Shown here one piece after another: positions 36,532 through 45,810 of a stretch of DNA of 59,060 nucleotides; position 1 is the first letter of the stretch, and the number at the start of each line of letters is the position of its first letter. The notes under the pieces are model-generated. The model ran no database searches. It was not told the DNA's origin and saw only the letters and a list, made by a program, of their open reading frames with translations. The position numbers and the translations under genes were made by a program. Source of the stretch: a virus (lineage: Duplodnaviria > Caudoviricetes); the IMG/VR virus record IMGVR_UViG_3300045996_002405, positions 1 to 59,060 of that record; one strand, given 5' to 3'.

Positions 36532-37154
36532 CCACCACCGCCCAGCCCGACCAGCTCGTCGACGGGCACCAGGCCGACGACGTCGACGAGGTGCTGCGCC
36601 GCGCGCACGACGGCGTCCGCGCTCTGCTGCAGCTGGCGGGGGAGGACCCCGACCGCGAGGGACTGCGCCGCACGCCGGCACGCGTCGTCGCCGCGCTGCA
36701 GGACATGACCAGCGCCCCCGGCGACCCCGCCGCGCTGCTGGGCGTGCAGTTCGAGCACGTCGACGCCGGCGGGGAGGTCGTGCAGCTCGGCCCGATCAGC
36801 TTCACCAGCACGTGCGAGCACCACCTGCTCCCCTTCACCGGCCACGTCTGGATCGCCTACCAGCCCACCGACCGGGTCGTCGGCCTGTCCAAACTCGCGC
36901 GCCTGGTCGAGCACCACGCGCGCCGCTTGCAGATCCAGGAGCGGATGACCCAGCAGCTCGTCGACGACCTCGTGACCCACCTGGCACCGGCGGGCGCGGC
37001 CGTCACCGTCCGCGCGACGCACACGTGCATGGCGCTGCGCGGCATCCGCAAACCCGGTGCCGTGATGGACACCGCCGCCCGGCGGGGGGTGTTCCGCACC
37101 GACCCGACGATCCACGCCCAGCACGCGCAGTTCGTGCAGACGCAACGACCCTGA
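36528..37154 (+). CDS. folE: GTP cyclohydrolase I
   Basis: REGLRRTPARV, CEHHLLPF.G, VGLSKLAR, RLQIQERMT, H.CM..RG. Confidence 0.97.
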   Translation: MTTTAQPDQLVDGHQADDVDEVLRRAHDGVRALLQLAGEDPDREGLRRTPARVVAALQDMTSAPGDPAALLGVQFEHVDAGGEVVQLGPISFTSTCEHHLLPFTGHVWIAYQPTDRVVGLSKLARLVEHHARRLQIQERMTQQLVDDLVTHLAPAGAAVTVRATHTCMALRGIRKPGAVMDTAARRGVFRTDPTIHAQHAQFVQTQRP

Positions 37155-37250
37155 TGTGATCATGATCTGACCAGCCCACCAGGACACACCAGTGACCCCA
37201 CCACCACGGCCCCGCACCACCCGAACACGAGCACCACGGGGAGGCGTCGC

Positions 37251-37844
37251 GTGACCTTTCGCGATCTCGAACTGGCCCCCGACCTCGATCCGTGGGAGCA
37301 GCAGCCCCACGAATCCAACGCCGCCCACGCGAAGTTCAGGCTCTACCTGAACCAGCCACCGTCGAAACGCTCCGCCCGCAAGGTGGCAGAAAGTGTTCAA
37401 AAATCACTGCAGGTGATCAACCGTCAGCGTGTGGCGCACCTGTGGGACGAGCGCGTGCGCGCCTACGACGCCGACCAGCAGCTACGCCACCAGCACGAGA
37501 TCGAAGAACGCGTCGTCAAGCTGGCCACGACGCAGATCGCCGTGTCGTCGGCGATGCTGTCCGTCGTCGCCGGATCCGTCGCGGCGATCGGCCGCGGCGA
37601 GCAACCGAAGCTGGCGCCGCTCGTCGCGACCCGCTGGGTCGACGCGTCGATCAAGCTGTCGAAGGCGGCGCGCGACGTCCCGGAGCTGCGCCTGCAGCTG
37701 GTCGCCGAGCACGAGCACAGCGGAACCCTCGACCTGCAGATCCCGGAGCTGGACGGACTCACCGACGAGGAGGCGCGCGAGCGGGTCGGCGACATGCTGA
37801 CCTCGGTCGCCCGGCTCGACGAGTACCGCTCCCGCGCCGGTTGA
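37251..37844 (+). CDS. Terminase small subunit
   Basis: PWEQQPHES..A...F..YL...RS..KVA...W.ERVRAYD pattern; directly upstream of terL. Confidence 0.75.
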   Translation: MTFRDLELAPDLDPWEQQPHESNAAHAKFRLYLNQPPSKRSARKVAESVQKSLQVINRQRVAHLWDERVRAYDADQQLRHQHEIEERVVKLATTQIAVSSAMLSVVAGSVAAIGRGEQPKLAPLVATRWVDASIKLSKAARDVPELRLQLVAEHEHSGTLDLQIPELDGLTDEEARERVGDMLTSVARLDEYRSRAG

Positions 37845-37848
37845 CGCG

Positions 37849-39447
37849 GTGGGGCGACGTCTGGCGCTGTCGCGCCGCGATCAGGCCCGTCTCGCCGACG
37901 CTGCGAGACGGGCCGACCGCGCCCTGCTGGAACACCCCGCGCTCATGGCCTACTGCCTCGACACCGCGTGGCAGACCAGGGTGCACACCGAACGGATCTC
38001 CCGCGCGCTGGCCGAGCTGCGCGACGGCACCCTGCAGCGGCTGATGATCTTCACCCCGCCGCAGATCGGGAAGAGCACGTTGGCCGTCGAGTGGTTCGTG
38101 TTCTGGTGGTTGTGCAACCACCAGGCCGCGCGGGTGGTGATCGGCTCCTACGGCAAGGACCTGGCCACCCGGCGCGGCCGCCGGATCCGCGCGCTCGTGC
38201 GCCGCTACGGGCACCGGTGGGACCTGCAGCTGGAGCAGGGCGCGTCCTCGGTCACCGAGTGGTCGCTGACCACCGGCGGAGGGGTGAAATCCGTCGGTGT
38301 CGGGTCCGGCGTCACCGGCTCGCCGGGCGACCTGATCGTGATCGACGACCCGCACAAGAGCCGCGCCGACGCCGAGTCGCTAGTCGCCCGCGACACCGTC
38401 GCTGCCTGGTACTCCGCGGACATGTTCACCCGGCGCTCACCCCGCGCGCCGATCGTGATCATCCAGACGCGCTGGCACCACGACGACCTGTCCGGCCGTC
38501 TGCTGGCGCAGGAGGGCGACGACCGGCACGGCGGGCGGTGGCGGGTGCTGCGGATGCCCGCCTACGCCGACAAGGCCGACGACCCGCTGGGCCGCGACCT
38601 CGGCGCGCCCCTGTCGCATCCGCGCATCCCCGAGCACGACCGCCAGGCGCTCGTCGCGCACTGGGAGGAAGCCCGCGCGGCCGTGACCGTGCGGGACTGG
38701 TTCGCCCTCTACATGGCCGACCCGAAGCCGATCGTCGGGGTGCTCGTCGACGAGGCGCTGCTGCGCGCACGCCGGCACCACCCGATGCCGGTCGGCAGCA
38801 CCAAGTCCGCTGTCGGGGTCGACCCGTCCGGTGGCGGCCGCGACCAGGCCGGAGTGATCGGCGGGCACCTGGGCGAGGACGGGCGGCTGTACTTCACCCA
38901 CGACCGGTCGATCACCGGGCCGTCGACCCTGTGGGGGATCGAGGCGGCGATTCTCGCGGCCGAGATCGACGCCGAGCTGGTCGTGATCGAGAAGAACTAC
39001 GGCGGTGACCAGGTCGCGGTCGTCGTGCGGTCGGCGTGGGACGCGGCGCAGCGGATGAGCCGCGGGGAGCGGCTGACCGGGTACGACGAGCTGATGCACG
39101 ACCGGTGCCTGGCGCTGGCGGCCCAGTTCGAGCGGATGATCCCGGAGATCCGGACCCGGTCGGTGAAGAAGAACAAGGTGCTCAAAGCCGAGCCGGTCGG
39201 CCAGCAGTGGAAGGACGACCGCATCCGCACCGGCGATTACCTGCCCGAGCTGGAACAGGAGTGGACGACGTGGAGACCCACCGACAAGAAGTCGCCCGGC
39301 CGGATCGACGCGTCGTGCATCCTGGCTTACGAGGTGCTCCCGATCCCCGGCGCCGAGCAGATCGTGTCGAGCCCCGCCGGGGTGAAGCGCTCCCAGATCC
39401 GGCCCGACGCCGGTCGTCCCCGGATCCAGCGCGCACGGCGCGGCTGA
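37849..39447 (+). CDS. terL: Terminase large subunit
   Basis: PPQIGKS Walker A, IVIDDPHK Walker B, IQTRWHHDDL, VGVDPS nuclease, SPGRIDA. Confidence 0.95.
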   Translation: MGRRLALSRRDQARLADAARRADRALLEHPALMAYCLDTAWQTRVHTERISRALAELRDGTLQRLMIFTPPQIGKSTLAVEWFVFWWLCNHQAARVVIGSYGKDLATRRGRRIRALVRRYGHRWDLQLEQGASSVTEWSLTTGGGVKSVGVGSGVTGSPGDLIVIDDPHKSRADAESLVARDTVAAWYSADMFTRRSPRAPIVIIQTRWHHDDLSGRLLAQEGDDRHGGRWRVLRMPAYADKADDPLGRDLGAPLSHPRIPEHDRQALVAHWEEARAAVTVRDWFALYMADPKPIVGVLVDEALLRARRHHPMPVGSTKSAVGVDPSGGGRDQAGVIGGHLGEDGRLYFTHDRSITGPSTLWGIEAAILAAEIDAELVVIEKNYGGDQVAVVVRSAWDAAQRMSRGERLTGYDELMHDRCLALAAQFERMIPEIRTRSVKKNKVLKAEPVGQQWKDDRIRTGDYLPELEQEWTTWRPTDKKSPGRIDASCILAYEVLPIPGAEQIVSSPAGVKRSQIRPDAGRPRIQRARRG

Positions 39448-39488
39448 TGTTCCGCCGTTCGGTGGCTCGCCGTGCTTACTCTGTGATC

Positions 39489-39908
39489 GTGACCAGCCTC
39501 CTTCACCTCCTTCGACTGACGGGCCTCACCGCCCGGGTGACCCGACTGATCGTCAGCGACACGATCACCGCTCCCGCACGCGAACACGTGATCAAGCTCC
39601 TCACCTACGACAAGAACCAGCGCGCGGCGATCCGGAAGCACGAGCGGGACCGTGCGGCCGCGATCACCGAGGGAACCCCACCCGACGCGCTGCCGAAGCT
39701 CCGGCTCCCCGCTCCGACGTCAGCCGCGGCGGCCGCGGTCCGGACGCGGATCGCCGAGCTGATCACCTGCCGGTGGTGCGCCGGCGTCTGGGTCGCCGCG
39801 GCCGTCGTGCTCTCCGCACGGCTGGCCGGACACCGGCGTGCCTGGCAGCACGTCGCGGACGCCGCGACAGCGGCCTACCTGACCGGGTTCGTCGCGGGAC
39901 ACGAGTAG
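39489..39908 (+). CDS. DUF1360-like membrane protein
   Basis: ARVTRLIVSDTIT.P.R and LITCRWCAGVW motifs; TACTCT -10 shortly before GTG 39489 (alternative start 39447). Confidence 0.7.
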   Translation: MTSLLHLLRLTGLTARVTRLIVSDTITAPAREHVIKLLTYDKNQRAAIRKHERDRAAAITEGTPPDALPKLRLPAPTSAAAAAVRTRIAELITCRWCAGVWVAAAVVLSARLAGHRRAWQHVADAATAAYLTGFVAGHE

Positions 39909-39917
39909 GGGGGACGC

Positions 39918-41846
39918 ATGGGGTTGGACTTCCGCCGCCCGGTCACCGCGGCGCACACCCGCGAGGGCGTTGACGAGAGCACGCAGAAGCGGCGGTCGGT
40001 GACGATCGCCAGCGCGTCGCTGGTGCGCCCGTCCGGCGGGCCGCGCCGCAGCAGGCCGCGGCAGGCGTGGCAGGACGAGGCGTGGCGCTACCGGCGCACC
40101 GTGCCCGAGCTCGGCTTCGCGATCCGCTGGCTGTCCAAGGGGCTGTCGCGCTGCAATCTGTTCGTCGGGGAGCAGATTCCCGGCACCGGTGACGCGGTGC
40201 CGGTCGACCACGCGCCGCGCCTGGCGCTCGACGTGCTCGCCCGGTTGCACGGCGGGCCGTCCGGGCAGAAGGAGATGCTGCGGCGCATGGCGGTGCACCT
40301 GTCGGTGCCCGGTGAGACCTGGCTGGTGGGCATCGACCCCGGCGCCGACGGCAACAGCTCCGGCGACGACGTGCGCTGGGTGACCGCGTCGGACCGGGAG
40401 TGGCGGCAGAGCGGGGACAGCGGCACGCTGCTCGACCCCGAGGACGGCCACCCGATCAAGATCGACCTTGCGGCGGAGACCAGCGGCGCGCAGGTCGTGC
40501 GGCTGTGGCAGCCCGACGACGAGAAGGGTTGGCTCGCGTCGAGCGCGCTGCAATCGTGCCTCGACGTCCTCGGCGTGATCGAGGGTCTGCACCGGCGGAT
40601 CAAGGTGGACATCGACTCGCGGCTGGCCGGTGCGGGCATCCTGATCGTCCCCACCAGCGCGACGATCCCGAACCCGCGATCGTCGGAGGGCGGCGACGTC
40701 GCGCCGCTGCACGAAGACCCGTTCGTCGACGCGCTGATGCAGGGGATGCTCCTGCCGATCCAGGACCCCGACGACGTGTCCGCGCTCGTGCCCCTGGTCG
40801 TCAAGGTCCCGATCGAGGCGATCGACAAGATCAAGCACATCTCGTTCGCGACGGAGTTCGACAAGAACCTGGCGAGCAACCTGCAGAACGAACTCAAGCG
40901 CTTCGCCATCGGCGCGGACCTACCCGCCGAGATCGTCACCGGTGGACTCGCCGAGGCGAACCACTGGTCGGGCTGGCTGATCGACGAGGTCGGCGTCAAA
41001 TTGTTCGTCGCCCCGCTGGGGGGAACGATCTGCGACGCGCTGACGCAGCAGATCCTCTGGCCCGCTCTGCGCGCCGCGGGGGAGCGTGATCCCGAGCGCT
41101 GGGTGATCGGACTGGACACCAGCGAACTCGACCAGCGGCCGAACAAGGCCACGGAGGCGGCGGAGCTGCACTCGCGCGGCAAGCTGGCCGACGTGGCGCT
41201 GCTGCGTGAGTCCGGTTTCGGGCCCGAGGACATGCCCGACGACACCGAGCGGCAGCGGTGGCTGCTGGAGCGGCTGGTGCTCGCGCACCCGCAGTACCTC
41301 CCGTACGTGGCGCCGCTGCTCGACCTGCCGCAGATCAGGATCATCGAGATCCCGGAGGACACCCCGCCGGCGATCGAGCCCAGCGACGGCGACTCTCCGG
41401 ACAGCAGCCGTCCGGAGATCCCCGAGCAACAGTCCGGTCCCCCGGCGCTGTCGACGAGCGCCGCGGCAGTCCTGCGCGGTGATGAGCAGGTCGTGCGGTG
41501 GATGGTCACCGCTGTGGAGAGCGCTGTCGTGCGGGCGCTGGAAGTGGCGGGGAAGAAGCTGCTCGGCTCCGGCGGTCGAGGGGACCGGCACCGCTCCGCC
41601 CCCGGCCGGCAGGTTCCGGCTTGGAACGTGCACACGACGGTGCCTCGACCGATCGAGGACGCCGACGTCGATCGGCTGCTGGCCGGTGCGTGGACGACCC
41701 TCGACGCGGTGATGCCGGACCAGCCGTGCATCCGGGTCGCGGCCGACACCTACTGCCGCGCGCTGCTCATGTCGGGCAAGCCTCACAGCCGTGATGGGCT
41801 GGTCGAGGTGCTGCAGTACGCGGGGTGCCTGACCGAAGCGGCGTGA
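39918..41846 (+). CDS. Portal protein
   Basis: WQDEAW...VPEL.F, LSVPGE.W, SRLAGAGIL.VP, ANHWS.W motifs of cluster-B-like portals. Confidence 0.9.
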   Translation: MGLDFRRPVTAAHTREGVDESTQKRRSVTIASASLVRPSGGPRRSRPRQAWQDEAWRYRRTVPELGFAIRWLSKGLSRCNLFVGEQIPGTGDAVPVDHAPRLALDVLARLHGGPSGQKEMLRRMAVHLSVPGETWLVGIDPGADGNSSGDDVRWVTASDREWRQSGDSGTLLDPEDGHPIKIDLAAETSGAQVVRLWQPDDEKGWLASSALQSCLDVLGVIEGLHRRIKVDIDSRLAGAGILIVPTSATIPNPRSSEGGDVAPLHEDPFVDALMQGMLLPIQDPDDVSALVPLVVKVPIEAIDKIKHISFATEFDKNLASNLQNELKRFAIGADLPAEIVTGGLAEANHWSGWLIDEVGVKLFVAPLGGTICDALTQQILWPALRAAGERDPERWVIGLDTSELDQRPNKATEAAELHSRGKLADVALLRESGFGPEDMPDDTERQRWLLERLVLAHPQYLPYVAPLLDLPQIRIIEIPEDTPPAIEPSDGDSPDSSRPEIPEQQSGPPALSTSAAAVLRGDEQVVRWMVTAVESAVVRALEVAGKKLLGSGGRGDRHRSAPGRQVPAWNVHTTVPRPIEDADVDRLLAGAWTTLDAVMPDQPCIRVAADTYCRALLMSGKPHSRDGLVEVLQYAGCLTEAA

Positions 41847-41909
41847 CCGGCGTGGTGGGTGCTCGTCGCCGGACATCACCCTGTCGGCGGATACCCCACC
41901 AATCCTAGT

Positions 41910-41921
41910 AACCCTAGGGTT
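41910..41921. promoter_or_regulatory. Operator AACCCTAGGGTT upstream of a small inserted gene
   Basis: Perfect palindrome within an ACCCCACCAA...TTGGTGGGGT inverted repeat. Confidence 0.75.
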
Positions 41922-41960
41922 GGTGGGGTCAGGACGTGAACGACCGGAAGGACCACCACC

Positions 41961-42152
41961 GTGACGCACATGAACCCCGAGCTGGGACGCCCCACCTCCG
42001 AGCTGCTCGCGGATCAGGCGGCCACCAGGGCCGAGCGCACCGGCCGCGTCGCGCGCGGCTACGACGTCGAGGACCAGAACGCCCGGCTCCGGAACCTGAA
42101 CCAGGCGCTCCAGTCCAAGCCCGCGAACGACAAGGCATTCCGCAACAGGTAG
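41961..42152 (+). CDS. Small hypothetical protein
   Basis: RBS GAAGGA; own promoter/operator and a terminator at 42163-42198. Confidence 0.6.
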   Translation: MTHMNPELGRPTSELLADQAATRAERTGRVARGYDVEDQNARLRNLNQALQSKPANDKAFRNR

Positions 42153-42212
42153 CACCAGCAGACGAAGAGCCCCGCACCGGCAGGTGCGGGGCTCTTCGCG
42201 TTCGTCGACCTT

Positions 42213-42512
42213 CTACGCGTCGACTTCGGCTGCGCGCTCGCGGGCGGGGTGCGCCGCGTACCCGAGGGTCTGCCGCTGCGTCTCGCCGTACCCCGGACGA
42301 CGGGTGCACGGACGCCCGACCGGCGCCCAGCACTTCGGGCAGCGCACGGTCTGCGCGCGCCGGTACCGCTGCTCGCGGTCGGTGATCGAGAGCGTCGTCT
42401 GCCCACCGGTGCTCTCGCCGATCGGCAGGGCGACCGGGCCGGTCCGCCGCGGCGCGCGACGCGGGCGCAGCGCGTGCTCTTCGCTCTCGCGCCGGCCGTA
42501 CTGGATTGCCAC
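42213..42512 (-). CDS. Phage zinc-finger protein
   Basis: VRCPKCWAPVGRPC...HPARE motif; RBS GGAGG; operator variant AACCCCAGGGTT at 42599-42610. Confidence 0.7.
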   Translation of the reverse strand: MAIQYGRRESEEHALRPRRAPRRTGPVALPIGESTGGQTTLSITDREQRYRRAQTVRCPKCWAPVGRPCTRRPGYGETQRQTLGYAAHPARERAAEVDA

Positions 42513-42711
42513 CGTCGAGCCCTCCGTTCCGTGTCACAGGTGTGTGGTCTGCGTCAAGTGTGCAGGTCAGCACCGACAATGTCCCCCCTAAAACTGGCAA
42601 CCCCAGGGTTTGCGCAGCTAGACCCCGGTGGCGACGCCGGCGAGCTCGTCGACCTCGACCGAGATCCGTGGTCATCACGGCGGTCCCGTCTACCCTGATC
42701 AGCAGTCGTCG

Positions 42712-42761
42712 CCGATCTGGCTGTGGGCCGGGCGCTACCCCGACAGGAGTGCGCCCGCATG
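42712..42761 (+). promoter_or_regulatory. Late-gene leader element, copy 1
   Basis: CCGATCTGGCTGTGGGCCGGG followed by a stem covering the RBS. Confidence 0.7.
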
Positions 42762-45245
42762 ACCCTCCCCGCCGCGTGGCAGACCCAGCTCGACGCGTTC
42801 ACCGCCCGCGTCGACGACGCCGAGGTCGTCGTGTTCGACACGACACTGGCCGCGATGAGCGAGTACCTGCGGCTCGTGCGCGCCGCGGTGCTCGGCGGCC
42901 GCACCATCACCGCGGCCGCCGACGACGAGGTGCCACCGGAGCAGCTGCCCCCGAACCTCGACGCGTTCCCCCCGCCGGAGGTGTGGGCACAGCTGCTCGC
43001 CGACGGGCTGCTGGCCACCCTGGAAGCGGTGTGGGGAGAGGCGTTCGCGGCCATCGCGCGGATCGCCCCGATCGCGGTGACGCCCTACCGCGCCACGTTC
43101 GTCACCGAGGTCACCGACCGCCTCTCGCGCAACCTGTGGCCCGACGGTGTCTTCGAGGAGTGCCGCTACGAGCTGCAGGAGGGGATCGACGCAGGGGAGT
43201 CGATCAACCAGCTGCGCGACCGGCTCGGCCTGGTCCTCGGGATCGATGCGCCGTCACGCGCGGTCCGCGCGCAGATCAACGAGCACAAGCGCCGCGGTGA
43301 ACCGGTCCCCGGCGAGCTGTACGCGCAGCTGCGCGAGGCAGACCGCACCTGGCACTACTTCGCGCGCCGCATCGCCCGGACCGAAACGCTCATGGCCAGC
43401 AACGGCGGCACTCACGCGGCTGCCGTCGCCAGCGTCGACCTGCTGGGCGAGCAGCGCTGGAAGGTCTGGTACGCCACCAGCGACAACCGCGTGCGCGACG
43501 CTCACTGGCTCGCGCACGGCCAGGTGCGCGACGTGCGCGAGAAGTTCGACGTCATGGGGGAGGGGCTGGACCACCCCGGCGACCCGCTCGGCAGCGCCGC
43601 GAACGTCATCCAGTGCCGCTGCACCGAGCTGATCTTGACCACGCAGGACGAAGCCGACGAGCAGGCCGCGCGCTACGACGCCGAGCTGCCGCACCGCACC
43701 GACCCGGAAGGGGAACCGCTCGTGCCGACACCGAAGGCCACCGGCCGCAGGAGCACCACCGCCGCGGCGGTCGACGACGTCGACCCCGCCGAGCAGACCA
43801 CGCAGACCACGCAGACCCCGCTGTACTGGGAAGGGCCTCTCATGGCCCTCGACCACGCCACCGGTGACGGCAGGCTGATGGAGACGCCCAAGGACGGCAT
43901 CGTCGCGACGAACCACCCCTGGCTGTCCTGGCAGCGAGCATCGGCCTACGGCCACGACGGCAAGGTCGGTGTCGGGCGGCCCGAGCGGCTGTGGATCGCG
44001 CCGGCCGCGCTGGACGGGCAGCAGGTGCCGCACCTGTGGGGCGGCGGCACGTTCGACCCGACCGACGCCGACGCCGACACCTTCGTCGCGAAGCTGGCCG
44101 CCGGGTACGCCGGCACCGTGTCGGTCGACCTCGACCAGGCGGTCGGCGAGACGCGCTGGTTCGACCCCGAGGGCAACCAGGTCGACGAGCCCACCGAGGA
44201 CGAGTGGTGGGACTGGGCCGAGGGACAGGACATCGGCAAGGAACCCCTCGCCGTGTTCCCGCAGTGGCGGTTCGCCGGTGTCACCGGCGTGCAAGACCCG
44301 GCGTTCCACACCGGCTGGATCCAGCTCGTCAGCACGCCCTCGTCGACGGCCGACGTGTGGACCCTCGACATGACCAGCTTCACCGGGGCCCAGGCGATCA
44401 CCGCGTCGGCCGGGTCGCTGACGTGGTGCGAGCAGGTCGCCGCGCGAGCCCCCGAACAGCCGCCGGCGGCCTGGTTCCAGGATCCGCGGCTCACCGGGTG
44501 GAGCAAGCTCCGCGTGACCGATGAGGGCCGCGTGTACGGACACATCGCGCCGTGGGGCGCCGAGCACGCTTCGATCCCCGGCATGTACGTCCCCGCCGAC
44601 CCGCACGGCGGCTCCTACCCCCGGTGGCACCATCACCCGGTGCACTGCTCGGACGGGTCGGTCGTGCTGACCGGGCCGATCAGCACCGGCGGCCACGCCG
44701 ACACCGACGAGTGGACCACCCTCACGCAGGCCCAGGCGCACTACGACCGGCCCGAGTTCGTCGGGGCCGACGTCGTGGTCGGGGAGGACGCTCACGGCAT
44801 CTGGTGCTCCGGGTCGCTGCGGCCCGGCGTCACGCCGCTGCAGGTGCTCTTCCTCTCCCGCTACAGCCAGTCCGGCGACTGGCGCAACGGCGAACTGATC
44901 GCGTCGTGCGCGGTGTCCGTCCCCGCGTTCGACGCGCCGCACGACCCGAGCGTCGTCGCGCTGGCCGCGTCAGCCGGTCCTCACCGGCCCGTGCTGGCGT
45001 CGGCGCGCACCCGGTGCCGGATCGACGAGCACGGCCGGGTCGCCGCGCTCGTCGCCGCCGGCGTGCCGCGAGGACGAGCGCGGCGGACCGACCGAGCGGC
45101 CGCCGCGCTGCCCGCGACCGCCGGGTTCGACCTCATGCGCCAGCTGCGCCAGGCGCAGCGCACCGACCACCAGGTCGCGGCCGCGGCTCGCCGGATCGTC
45201 GGTGCCGGGGTCGAGGCTGCTCGTCACCGCGTCATCGGAAACTAG
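42759..45245 (+). CDS. MuF-like / capsid maturation protease fusion
   Basis: ARRIARTET, KVW.AT.D.RVR.AH...GQ, PGDP......VIQCRC (MuF), then TGDGR, VSVDLD, GRVYGHIA and SGDWR. Confidence 0.88.
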   Translation: MTLPAAWQTQLDAFTARVDDAEVVVFDTTLAAMSEYLRLVRAAVLGGRTITAAADDEVPPEQLPPNLDAFPPPEVWAQLLADGLLATLEAVWGEAFAAIARIAPIAVTPYRATFVTEVTDRLSRNLWPDGVFEECRYELQEGIDAGESINQLRDRLGLVLGIDAPSRAVRAQINEHKRRGEPVPGELYAQLREADRTWHYFARRIARTETLMASNGGTHAAAVASVDLLGEQRWKVWYATSDNRVRDAHWLAHGQVRDVREKFDVMGEGLDHPGDPLGSAANVIQCRCTELILTTQDEADEQAARYDAELPHRTDPEGEPLVPTPKATGRRSTTAAAVDDVDPAEQTTQTTQTPLYWEGPLMALDHATGDGRLMETPKDGIVATNHPWLSWQRASAYGHDGKVGVGRPERLWIAPAALDGQQVPHLWGGGTFDPTDADADTFVAKLAAGYAGTVSVDLDQAVGETRWFDPEGNQVDEPTEDEWWDWAEGQDIGKEPLAVFPQWRFAGVTGVQDPAFHTGWIQLVSTPSSTADVWTLDMTSFTGAQAITASAGSLTWCEQVAARAPEQPPAAWFQDPRLTGWSKLRVTDEGRVYGHIAPWGAEHASIPGMYVPADPHGGSYPRWHHHPVHCSDGSVVLTGPISTGGHADTDEWTTLTQAQAHYDRPEFVGADVVVGEDAHGIWCSGSLRPGVTPLQVLFLSRYSQSGDWRNGELIASCAVSVPAFDAPHDPSVVALAASAGPHRPVLASARTRCRIDEHGRVAALVAAGVPRGRARRTDRAAAALPATAGFDLMRQLRQAQRTDHQVAAAARRIVGAGVEAARHRVIGN

Positions 45246-45257
45246 GGAGTACCGAAA

Positions 45258-45668
45258 ATGTGTTGCGGACAGACCCCCCGAACCTCTCCGACGCTGCTCG
45301 CGGCCGCCGTACCGGCCGGTACCCGCGACGACGGACAGTGGCGCGTGACCTACCCCAACGGCCGCGAAAGGCTGTTCGACGCCGAGTGGCAGGCCAAGGC
45401 GTCGCAGGCGGTCGCGGGCGGCACCGTCGAGCGCGTCGAGCAGCCCGCGGCGGAGGAGACGACCGCCGCGGCGGAGGTCGACGGCGGCGCGTCGACGTCG
45501 ACGACCGAGGGCGACCAGGTCGCCGACGCGGCCACGCGGACGCTCGCCACGTCCTCGACGACGACCGAGCAGCAGTCCGCGCCGGACAAGTCCGCTGGCA
45601 AGCGTCCGCGCGGCCGCACCTCGACGACGCGCAAGCGCGGCCCGCGCAAGCCCCCGGCGACCAGCTGA
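45258..45668 (+). CDS. Small protein (MCCG start) between protease and capsid genes
   Basis: RBS GGGAG; position conserved in cluster-B-like head modules. Confidence 0.6.
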   Translation: MCCGQTPRTSPTLLAAAVPAGTRDDGQWRVTYPNGRERLFDAEWQAKASQAVAGGTVERVEQPAAEETTAAAEVDGGASTSTTEGDQVADAATRTLATSSTTTEQQSAPDKSAGKRPRGRTSTTRKRGPRKPPATS

Positions 45669-45745
45669 TCGTCAGCTATTCTTCGAGCTGATCGCCCCCC
45701 GTGACCTCGCCAGGAGTCCCCGGGGTCACGGGGGGCGACACCGCA

Positions 45746-45810
45746 CCGATCTGGCTGTGGGCCGGGTGCACGTCCGTACATCACGACGTGCACTAGGAGT
45801 GCCCCGCATG
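45746..45810 (+). promoter_or_regulatory. Late-gene leader element, copy 2
   Basis: Identical 21-mer CCGATCTGGCTGTGGGCCGGG upstream of the major capsid RBS. Confidence 0.7.
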
